Source of the DNA: a virus
DNA: 64,000 nucleotides
Virus record (IMG/VR): IMGVR_UViG_3300033984_000416
Span: 1 to 64,000 of that record
Direction: 5' to 3' (one strand)
Both the position numbers and the translations under genes were made by a program. The notes under the pieces were generated by a model, which was not told the DNA's origin, did no database searches, and saw only the letters and a list, made by a program, of their open reading frames with translations. Shown here piece after piece: positions 25,300 to 33,933 of the stretch (its first letter is position 1; each line of letters begins with the position of its first letter).

Positions 25300-28200
25300 T
25301 TATACGTATCTAACCATTAATTGACCAATTGATGTTCTATAAACACCACCCAAAGGTACTCCAGCGGTTATTGCAGCCGCATTGTCGGCTGCAATAGCTA
25401 GTGTTTTTATATTTAATTTATCAACGTATGTTGTGTCAGCAACCAAACCAATAATATTAGCACCCAATACAACGGTGTTGTTACCACCAGCAGTCGAACC
25501 AGCACCATGAACAAACGCTGTTGCACCACTTGCTATTGAACTAGAACCACCAGCATGCGAATTTTGCCCACTAGCTGTATTTTGACTATTTTGAGCATGT
25601 GCATATGTACCACTAGCTAGTGTTAAAATCCCTTCAGAGTGTGAACCATAACCACTAGCTGTTGTTTTCCACCCTTCAGCGTGACTAATAGGTCCGCTAG
25701 CTAATGTTTCAACACCTTCAGCATGACATGCAAAGTTAGTTGCTGTACCACCAGTTAAATTAAAACCGAGTGACCCACCCTCAGCGTGGCTACTATCACC
25801 ACTAGCAAGTGTTTTATAACCTTCAGCATGGCTTGCTGTACCAGTAGCACGTGTATAGTTACCTTCAGCATGACTTCCATTAGAACCACTAGCTGTTGTT
25901 CTATCACCTTCTGCGTGACTTGCAGAACCGCTAGCAAGTGTAATAGTTCCCTCAGAGTGTGAACCAGAAGTTGTTGCTGTTGTAGAATAACCTTCAGCGT
26001 GTGATGCGTTACCACTGGATAATGTTTGGAAACCTTCAGCATGAGAACTAGTACCACTAGCAATTGTTTGCCAACCTTGTGCATGCGAATTACCACCTGT
26101 TGCTTTTGTGTAATAACCTTCAGCATGGCTACCAAACGTACCACTAGCAATTGTATTTTGACCTTCAGAGTGTGCGTAATTAGTTGTTGCTGATGTCAAA
26201 TAACCTTCAGCATGACTTGCAGTACCACTAGCTAGGGTTTGATATCCTTCAGCGTGTGCGTATGCTGTTGTTGCTGAAGTCTGCATACCTTCAGCATGAC
26301 TCGCAAAATTACTTGCTAGTGTATATTGACCTTCAGCGTGTGAATATTCGCCATATGCTTTTGTGTAACCACCTTCAGCATGTGATGTTAAACCACTTGC
26401 AACTGAACCTTGACCTTCAGCGTGAGAGTTTTGACCAGTAGCACGTGTATCTGCACCTTCAGCGTGGGATTGAGAACCAATAGCTTTTGATAACCAACCT
26501 TCAACGTGACTTGCACCACCACTAGCTTCAGTATAATAACCTTCAGCGTGGGCTGAATTACCGCTAGCTATGGTATAACTACCTTCCGCATGTGAGTTAA
26601 TACCAATTGCTTTTGTTTGTTCACCTTCAGTATGTGAATATGCACCACTAGCTATTGTTCTATACCCTTCGGCATGTGCATATGTACCACTAGCTAGTGT
26701 TTGATAACCTTCAGCGTGTGTACCCATTGTTGTTGCTGATGTATAACTACCTTGAGCGTGTGAATTATCACCACTAGCAAGTGTTTGATATCCTTCAGCG
26801 TGTGCTGCAACACCACCAGCTATAGTTAATTGACCTTCAGCGTGACTCGAAATACCACTAGCTGTACCACCCTTGATATTACTAAGATAAGTACCACCTT
26901 CAGCATGTGCACCAATACCACTTGCTATTGATTTATAGCCTTCGGCATGTGAATGATAACCACTTGCTATTGATTGATAACCTTCAGCATGTGTGTAAAA
27001 TGTTGTTGCTGAAGTTTCTTGACCCTCAGCGTGTGAGTAAGTACCAGTGGCTTGTGTTAATCTACCTTCAGCATGTGATGCATCACCTAAAGCATATGTG
27101 GTTAAACCTTCGGCATGTGAATAAAGACCTTTAGAAAATGTACTATCACCCTCAGCATGTGAATAATTACCACCAGCTATTGTTCTATACCCTTCGGCAT
27201 GTGCTGTGCTACCACTAGCTATTGTCCAATAACCTTCAGCGTGTGCTGATGTTGTTGTTCCTGTTGTTTGAAAACCTTCAGTGTGTGAATAATCACCACT
27301 AGCCTTTGTTTGTTTACCTTCAGCATGACTAGCAATACCACTTGCCGTGCTTCCACTTCCTTCAGCCACAGCACTTATATTTGTTGCGGTACTATCACTA
27401 TTACCCAAAACAGCTGATGCTGTTGCAGTTCCAGCCGTCCATATTGTATTTGTTGGTGTTGTTCCACCAGATAATGTGCTAGCATCTCTATATTTAACAG
27501 TACCGTCTGATACCCTAACCAAAACTTGTGTTTGAGTATTGTCATTTGGAACTGTTTTTACGTTTAATCTATCAACGAATGTTGTGTCAGCAACCCCACC
27601 AGTTATGTTAGCACCCAACACTACAGAGTTAAGTGCATTGGCTTGTGAGTTATAACCATGGACAAAAGAATAATCATTTTTGGCTGTTGAGCCAGAACCA
27701 CCAGCATGTGAGTAATTACCTAACGCTTTCGTATAAGTACCTTCGGCATGTGATGTTATACCACTAGCTAACGTGTATTGACCTTCAGCATGTGAATATT
27801 GTGTCATGGCTGATGTTAGATACCCTTCAGCGTGTGAAACATCACCTAGAGCTAGAGAACCATACCCTTCAGCATGTGAATAATCACCATTGGCTTTTGT
27901 ATAACCACCTTCAGCATGTGTAGAATAAGAACCGTTAGCTTCTGTGAATGAACCTTCAGCGTGACATGCACTACCATAAGCTGTTGTTCCCCAACCTTCG
28001 GTATGTGAACTTTCACCTATAGCCCATGTCATAGCACCCTCAGCGTGAGCACCATCACCACCAGCAATAGTCATATATCCTTCGGCATGTGCTGATAATC
28101 CAGAAGCAATGGCTCCAGTACCTTCAGAGTGTGAATAATTAGCGTTTGCTTGTGTGTTATAACCTTCAGCATGACTTGATTGACCACTAGCAGTTGTTCC

Positions 28201-29451
28201 ACTACCTTCAGAGTGTGAATAAAACCCCAACGCTTTTGTGTAAGCACCTTCGGCATGTGATGTATAACCACTAGCAAGTGTACCTCGACCCTCAGCATGA
28301 GCAAAAGATGTTGTTGCTGATGTTTGGAAACCTTCAGCATGTGCCCCATCATTTATTGCAAGTGTAAGGAAACCTTCAGCATGTGAATAACTACCCGTAG
28401 CACGTGTTTCACGACCCTCAGAGTGTGCGTAAGCACCACTAGCGTGGGTATAATAACCTTCAGAATGTGAATAAGTTGTAGCGGACGTTCCTCTACCCTC
28501 AGCATGGCTAGCAAAACCATAAGCTAACGTAACCATACCTTCAGCATGACTTGCATTACCTTCAGCAGTACCACCATTAAGATATAAACCTTTTCCAGCA
28601 TATCCACCACCTTCAGCATGTGCACCTTCACCACTAGCTGTTGATATATACCCTTCAGCGTGTGAAACATATCCCAAAGCTTGTGTGTTATAACCTTCAG
28701 CGTGACTTGCAAAACCATCAGCTGTTGTTTCTTGACCTTCAGCGTGTGAATAATCAGAATTAGCTGATGTGTTATCACCTTCAGCGTGACTACCAATACC
28801 CTCAGCACGTGTATAGTTACCCTCGGCATGACTTGCTATATTATTTGCAGTAGTTGATTGGCCTTCAGCGTGAGAGTTATCACCGTTAGCATTTGTTTGA
28901 TAACCCTCTGAGTGTGAACCTTGACCGTTGGCGTAAGTTTCATTACCCTCAGAGTGTGAATACTGACCGTTAGCTTCAGTGATTGAACCTTCGGCATGAC
29001 TTGAGTCACCACCAGCTAGCGTATTAGCACCTTCAGCGTGTGAACCATTATTACCAGAAGCAACAGTACCAGCACCCTCAGCATGGCTTGTATCACCAAT
29101 AGCATGTGTTGATGCACCTTCAGCGTGTGATTGACCACCATCAGCTATTGAATTCTGACCTTCGGCATGACTAGCAGCACCGTTAGCTTGTGTATTTCTA
29201 CCTTCAGCAACAGCGTAGTCCGCTATAGCATCCAACCCAGAATCATTTTTAGCTTTAATAGAGAAATTACCAGTTGAACCCGAAGTCCAGTATAAGTCAT
29301 CGTTTGAATTGTTCAATAAATCAATGATTTGTTGAATTGTAGCTTTGTATGAGCTTCCACCTGGGTCTTGGCTTGTATCGTTAACCAATACAATGTGTAG
29401 TAAATCGGTTGTACCTATTGTAGGTGCTATTATTCTGTTTGTTAATTTCAT
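25300..29451 (-). CDS. long tail fibre/adhesin with YadA-head (Hep/Hag)-like SHAEG beta-roll repeats
   Basis: About 83 14-aa repeats in two modules; C-terminal AADNAAAITAGVPLGGVYRT fibre-tip motif. Confidence 0.85.
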   Translation of the reverse strand: MKLTNRIIAPTIGTTDLLHIVLVNDTSQDPGGSSYKATIQQIIDLLNNSNDDLYWTSGSTGNFSIKAKNDSGLDAIADYAVAEGRNTQANGAASHAEGQNSIADGGQSHAEGASTHAIGDTSHAEGAGTVASGNNGSHAEGANTLAGGDSSHAEGSITEANGQYSHSEGNETYANGQGSHSEGYQTNANGDNSHAEGQSTTANNIASHAEGNYTRAEGIGSHAEGDNTSANSDYSHAEGQETTADGFASHAEGYNTQALGYVSHAEGYISTASGEGAHAEGGGYAGKGLYLNGGTAEGNASHAEGMVTLAYGFASHAEGRGTSATTYSHSEGYYTHASGAYAHSEGRETRATGSYSHAEGFLTLAINDGAHAEGFQTSATTSFAHAEGRGTLASGYTSHAEGAYTKALGFYSHSEGSGTTASGQSSHAEGYNTQANANYSHSEGTGAIASGLSAHAEGYMTIAGGDGAHAEGAMTWAIGESSHTEGWGTTAYGSACHAEGSFTEANGSYSTHAEGGYTKANGDYSHAEGYGSLALGDVSHAEGYLTSAMTQYSHAEGQYTLASGITSHAEGTYTKALGNYSHAGGSGSTAKNDYSFVHGYNSQANALNSVVLGANITGGVADTTFVDRLNVKTVPNDNTQTQVLVRVSDGTVKYRDASTLSGGTTPTNTIWTAGTATASAVLGNSDSTATNISAVAEGSGSTASGIASHAEGKQTKASGDYSHTEGFQTTGTTTSAHAEGYWTIASGSTAHAEGYRTIAGGNYSHAEGDSTFSKGLYSHAEGLTTYALGDASHAEGRLTQATGTYSHAEGQETSATTFYTHAEGYQSIASGYHSHAEGYKSIASGIGAHAEGGTYLSNIKGGTASGISSHAEGQLTIAGGVAAHAEGYQTLASGDNSHAQGSYTSATTMGTHAEGYQTLASGTYAHAEGYRTIASGAYSHTEGEQTKAIGINSHAEGSYTIASGNSAHAEGYYTEASGGASHVEGWLSKAIGSQSHAEGADTRATGQNSHAEGQGSVASGLTSHAEGGYTKAYGEYSHAEGQYTLASNFASHAEGMQTSATTAYAHAEGYQTLASGTASHAEGYLTSATTNYAHSEGQNTIASGTFGSHAEGYYTKATGGNSHAQGWQTIASGTSSHAEGFQTLSSGNASHAEGYSTTATTSGSHSEGTITLASGSASHAEGDRTTASGSNGSHAEGNYTRATGTASHAEGYKTLASGDSSHAEGGSLGFNLTGGTATNFACHAEGVETLASGPISHAEGWKTTASGYGSHSEGILTLASGTYAHAQNSQNTASGQNSHAGGSSSIASGATAFVHGAGSTAGGNNTVVLGANIIGLVADTTYVDKLNIKTLAIAADNAAAITAGVPLGGVYRTSIGQLMVRYV
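25460..29214 (-). repeat. 42-bp-period coding repeat array (modules ~27610-29214 and ~25460-27373)
   Basis: Recurrent accttcagc[ag]tg; hand count about 38 + 45 units. Confidence 0.95.
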
Positions 29452-29466
29452 CTTTTTTTCTTTATT

Positions 29467-29474
29467 TATAAATA
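29467..29474 (-). promoter_or_regulatory. TATTTATA putative late promoter of the fibre gene
   Basis: TATATTTATA, 15 nt before ATG 29451. Confidence 0.65.
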
Positions 29475-29505
29475 TATCATCCTACCGAAATAAAACTTAA
29501 AAATT

Positions 29506-29832
29506 TTAAGGTATTAATTGCAATTTAAAGATATCTATTGCTCTATGAAAGTATAAGATATCTATTTTGTATTCTAAGCTTTCTCTTAGAATTTTTGTTA
29601 AGTCTACACCAGGAAATTCAGCGATTAAAATATCGTAATCTGATTGAGCATCCCAGTAGCCATGATGATGACTACCGAAAACATAAACATCAGTTGGTTT
29701 TCCTAGAGTTTCCTCAACCTTAGCTTTTATACTATTGAATATATTTTGTTTTTCCAATGGCAAATCAGTAAAGACTTGCAATGAACCTCGACACTCTCTT
29801 TGTCGTCCTTTAATTATTACTATCTTTTCCAT
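29506..29832 (-). CDS. minimal nucleotidyltransferase (Pol-beta superfamily, MNT-like)
   Basis: VYVFGSHHHGYWDAQSDYDILI (GS-x10-D-x-D) plus a third acid in KIDIL; starts 1 bp after the upstream stop. Confidence 0.8.
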   Translation of the reverse strand: MEKIVIIKGRQRECRGSLQVFTDLPLEKQNIFNSIKAKVEETLGKPTDVYVFGSHHHGYWDAQSDYDILIAEFPGVDLTKILRESLEYKIDILYFHRAIDIFKLQLIP

Positions 29833-29833
29833 A

Positions 29834-32800
29834 TTAACAAGGTACTATGAATGGTGTTAAGTTACATGGGTCACCACCGTTTTCGGCTGGTATCAATACA
29901 GTTGGTGTAATTGTTTCTACACCACCAATACATGGACCAATTATATTTTCACCACGAACGCAATCACTAACTTCTGTTATCACATCATTTATATTGTCAT
30001 AAATAACATCACATGTCATACCGTATTTATAATTATCTGGTATAAATACACCATCTTCATCAGCATCAAACTCCAATGAATTATTGGTGTATTTAAGTGG
30101 GTGTTCTAGGTCTTGCTCAATAATCATTTCAAATGGAATACCGATTGGTGATACAATGTAGAAACCACTATATTTACTACTGCTCTGACCACTACCACTA
30201 TTAGCTATACGTTGTGTATGTGAAATTTCTGCTCTATAGTTGATTAAACATAAACTAGCAAACGTATCATTTAAAAAATCAACAAAATTTGTATATGTTA
30301 TACCAGTTGTATTACCTGGTATTCCACCTTCAACTACTACGTTATTACTATATGTCCAATTAATATTTGATGAATCAATATTTAATGATGGTGGTGTTGT
30401 TATTTGTTCAATTCCACTTATTTTAAGACTAGTTATTGTCATATTACCAGTATTACCACCTATTACAATATGATTATTTATGTATTCTGGTGATTCTGGT
30501 AAGTTATACCAACAAGCTGTTTTATTATCGGTATAACCACATGGATAGGTTTGTGTTGGTTGTAACTGACATATATCACCACCATTTTCAGCTGGTATCA
30601 TTATCGTATCAACTATTTGGTATTCACCACACACACAAGGTGTTTGTATTTGCCAATGGATACAATCACTAACTTCATAAATAGTATCAGTAACTGCATT
30701 GTATTTAACATCACATGTCATACCATACCAGTACATTTCAAGAAATTCTGTTTCATATGGTAGTAGTGTTGATATTGAGTTATTTGTGTATTTAATAGGG
30801 AACTCCATTGGTTGTTCAACAATTATTTCAAATGGAACACCAACAGGTGAAACTATGTAGAAACCATTATATCTATCACAATTAACCCCATCTGGAATAC
30901 GTTGCGTATGTGAAATTTCTGCTCTATAGTCAGTCAAACTTAAAAGTGCAAATGTATCATTTAACATATCAACAAAATTTGTATATGTTATACCTGTTGT
31001 ACTTCCAGCAGTACATGCTGAAATTACAAGGTTGTTACTATACGTCCAATTAATGTTAGATGAATCTACAGTAATTGTTGGTGCTGTTAGCGGTAATTGT
31101 ATTTTCTCTAACCCATTTATCTTAAGACTAGTAATAGTGAAATTATTAGAACCAGGATTGCATTCAATAAAAGTATTCATAAAATCTGGCGTTGCTGGTA
31201 AATTATACCAACATGCTTTTTTATTTGTATTTGGTAAATCAATTGGTATTATTACTTGGTTATCAATACTTACGGTACCTATAAATTCAGAACCCCAGTT
31301 CATTTGTGCTAAACATATTTGATTGCAAGTATTTGGTATTTTTGTTGGTTCGAAACCAGTATCTGTTTTATTTGTAATTGTCGTTAAATGAACTTCAATA
31401 CCAGTACATATACCAGTAGTACTATTTATTGGGCTAGGAACTGTTGCACCGAAAAATTTATTTCCACATGTGAGAGTTGAATACGATTTGTACTTAAATT
31501 TTTGTTCGTCAAAAATAGTATTTGTATATACTCTAACACTACCCCAAATACTAGTAGCTGGGATAACCTGTTCAATAATATCAACCCAATAACTACCAAT
31601 AAGGTTAGCGAATTGGTCCATAGTCGCATAATCAAACGCTGAACTAATTGTACCACAGAATCTGTTACTATTTAGGTATCTTTCATAGATTGCTCTAAGA
31701 GTTGGATACGAGGAAAGCACTTTTCTATTTTTAGCATCAATAAATTCTGAAACCATAAGACTTTCAAAGTTTTCAACTGTTTTTACCGTTACAGGGTCTG
31801 TTGTTAATAACTCTATAAAATTAATAGTATCATCACCACAACATACAGCGTTGCTATTTGATTCCGTATCAATAAAATTACCATCCATAAATTCATAGAT
31901 TGGTTTATCTTGAAATTGGAAACAATCTTCATCTTGGAATTGTTTATTACCACAATCAGTACAAGGGTCACAATACGTTACACCTGTTAAAATACAAGGA
32001 TTGTCAAGCATATAACACCAAACATCGTGTTCAACACCTTTTGCTATGTTTATGTCCAAATCAATCTCTTTTGTATTGATAATTAATCTTTCATCGTTAA
32101 CATCGTAATCTGTTTGACGGATTGATTGGTTTCCTAAATTGTTACTAACATCAAATTCTCTGTTTACGAAATAATCATTGTTTAACCAAGATTTCTTATT
32201 ATCTACTACTCTATCTAAGTTAAAACCTGGAGATTGTGTTAAATAAATGTCATGTCTATCTACATCGGTACAAATTTTTTCCAATGAAATCATATCAACC
32301 AATACGCAGAAATCACCACATGAACTATTGATGTTTAAACTTATTTTAATTTTTTTATTTGCAAATTTAGCTATTGCAACTGGGTCGGTAATATACGTAG
32401 TATAATGTAACCAGTTAGACGCTAATATAGTCGATGCTAAGCTAGCGTTAAAATCACTTTGTGAAACACCAGCTTCATTAAATAATTCACTAATAAAAGC
32501 GTCCTTAGCGTTAAGACAGGAATTTACATTTATGTTATGTTCTGGAATTATAGTTTGTACACCATTTTGAGTTAATTCTGGATAGATTAGTGGTGTACAG
32601 TCATTAGCCCATGTTTCAGTTGCATTGGCGGCACCACAAACAAAGAAACCGCTGCTAGTTCCAGCTGTTGTTAAATAATCATATAAACCACCAGTTCCAA
32701 TAGCTTGGTGTAATGTATAACCAGAAACACTTTCTAACGTACCATCATCTTTAACTACATCCAAGGACATAGAAACATCAAAGCTTTCAAATAAATCTAC

Positions 32801-33865
32801 GGCTGTTTTACACTTGCTATAACCTACGTTAGCTATGGCGTTTAACGCTGTTAAAGCATCTTGTAGTTTTTGCAATTCAACAGTACATTCTGTTTGTATT
32901 GTTACCAATTCACCTATTTCATTAAATAATTGTGTTTTAGTACCAAAAGGTGTTGTACATTCATTGATGTAAACATTTGTATCATTATTATTTAATATAT
33001 CTAAATTTTCATTATAAATTTTGATAACTTGCTCACATGTATATGAATTTGGGTCACCATTGATAAATGCATTATAATTGTTATCACCTAAAATGGTTTG
33101 CCATGCTGTTAAACCCTCAGTTGTAAGACAAAACGTAACTTTAGTTTTTGGGTTTGGGTAAGAAAATGGTGCCAATCCACCACCAAACCCAGTGTTTTTA
33201 AACGGACTTTTTTGTTTAGGTGTAATTACTATTGGTATTTCGGCTTGAATCGCAGAAATATCTAGGAATGAATTCAATGGAAATTTATCACATGTCATTG
33301 AATAACTTGTGTTGTTATATTCGTTTAAAATAATATTTAACTTACCAGTTATAGCTTCGCATTTAACTGTTTGTATTTGGATTTGATTTTCTAATTCTTT
33401 TATTTGTTTTACCAAATTAGGGTCAATAGCTGTTGGTACCAATAAATCAGAAAGTGTTTTACAATCAATCTTAAATAAATAATCAAAATCAATTTTTAAT
33501 GTACATATTTCATTGTTTTCAAAATAAAATATAGTACCATCATTACCTTTAGGGTTTAAAACTATTTTAATTGGTTTATCTTCTTTACAATCAGTAGCGA
33601 CTTTATTAGACCATCTACATTTTTGAGAATCTAAATCATAAAACCATGGTTCACTACTTATTTGGGCAAATAATTTACAGCATGTACTAGTAATTGGTGT
33701 TGGGCTAACAATACCATTTGCATTTTTAATATAAACCGATAATGTACCATCAGCATTTTTAATCAACCCATTTTCATTTTGAATTATCGACCAAAATTTT
33801 TTACATTGACTATTTGCCGCATTAATATCGAACCCTTTTGTTTCACCCTTTATTCCGTTTGCCAT
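29834..33865 (-). CDS. large Cys-rich virion structural protein with a tandem 230-aa duplication
   Basis: 1343 aa; late motif upstream; baseplate neighbourhood. Confidence 0.7.
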   Translation of the reverse strand: MANGIKGETKGFDINAANSQCKKFWSIIQNENGLIKNADGTLSVYIKNANGIVSPTPITSTCCKLFAQISSEPWFYDLDSQKCRWSNKVATDCKEDKPIKIVLNPKGNDGTIFYFENNEICTLKIDFDYLFKIDCKTLSDLLVPTAIDPNLVKQIKELENQIQIQTVKCEAITGKLNIILNEYNNTSYSMTCDKFPLNSFLDISAIQAEIPIVITPKQKSPFKNTGFGGGLAPFSYPNPKTKVTFCLTTEGLTAWQTILGDNNYNAFINGDPNSYTCEQVIKIYNENLDILNNNDTNVYINECTTPFGTKTQLFNEIGELVTIQTECTVELQKLQDALTALNAIANVGYSKCKTAVDLFESFDVSMSLDVVKDDGTLESVSGYTLHQAIGTGGLYDYLTTAGTSSGFFVCGAANATETWANDCTPLIYPELTQNGVQTIIPEHNINVNSCLNAKDAFISELFNEAGVSQSDFNASLASTILASNWLHYTTYITDPVAIAKFANKKIKISLNINSSCGDFCVLVDMISLEKICTDVDRHDIYLTQSPGFNLDRVVDNKKSWLNNDYFVNREFDVSNNLGNQSIRQTDYDVNDERLIINTKEIDLDINIAKGVEHDVWCYMLDNPCILTGVTYCDPCTDCGNKQFQDEDCFQFQDKPIYEFMDGNFIDTESNSNAVCCGDDTINFIELLTTDPVTVKTVENFESLMVSEFIDAKNRKVLSSYPTLRAIYERYLNSNRFCGTISSAFDYATMDQFANLIGSYWVDIIEQVIPATSIWGSVRVYTNTIFDEQKFKYKSYSTLTCGNKFFGATVPSPINSTTGICTGIEVHLTTITNKTDTGFEPTKIPNTCNQICLAQMNWGSEFIGTVSIDNQVIIPIDLPNTNKKACWYNLPATPDFMNTFIECNPGSNNFTITSLKINGLEKIQLPLTAPTITVDSSNINWTYSNNLVISACTAGSTTGITYTNFVDMLNDTFALLSLTDYRAEISHTQRIPDGVNCDRYNGFYIVSPVGVPFEIIVEQPMEFPIKYTNNSISTLLPYETEFLEMYWYGMTCDVKYNAVTDTIYEVSDCIHWQIQTPCVCGEYQIVDTIMIPAENGGDICQLQPTQTYPCGYTDNKTACWYNLPESPEYINNHIVIGGNTGNMTITSLKISGIEQITTPPSLNIDSSNINWTYSNNVVVEGGIPGNTTGITYTNFVDFLNDTFASLCLINYRAEISHTQRIANSGSGQSSSKYSGFYIVSPIGIPFEMIIEQDLEHPLKYTNNSLEFDADEDGVFIPDNYKYGMTCDVIYDNINDVITEVSDCVRGENIIGPCIGGVETITPTVLIPAENGGDPCNLTPFIVPC
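29837..31221 (-). repeat. tandem 690-bp internal duplication
   Basis: tgaaatttctgctctatagt at 30221 and 30911; aacaaaatttgtatatgttatacc at 30281 and 30971; protein ACWYNLP...PAENGGD.C occurs twice. Confidence 0.9.
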
Positions 33866-33877
33866 TTTATTTTTTTA

Positions 33878-33885
33878 TATAAATA
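33878..33885 (-). promoter_or_regulatory. TATTTATA putative late promoter
   Basis: GATATTTATA, 12 nt before ATG 33865. Confidence 0.65.
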
Positions 33886-33933
33886 TCTTTTTTAATTTTT
33901 TATTAAGTTATACCTTGATTGGTACATTTGTAG

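Noticed and set aside
25755-28829. Alternate-frame ORFs with MLKV/LLVV repeats inside the adhesin
   Set aside because: Frame-shifted shadows of the 42-bp repeat.
25460-29214. Regular repeat array as a possible CRISPR
   Set aside because: The period is 42 bp, in frame, with synonymous variation in the repeated part; it encodes SHAEG protein repeats.
29837-31221. Duplicated segment as a diversity-generating retroelement TR/VR pair
   Set aside because: Both copies are coding, differences are not adenine-restricted and include indels, and no reverse transcriptase is in the window.
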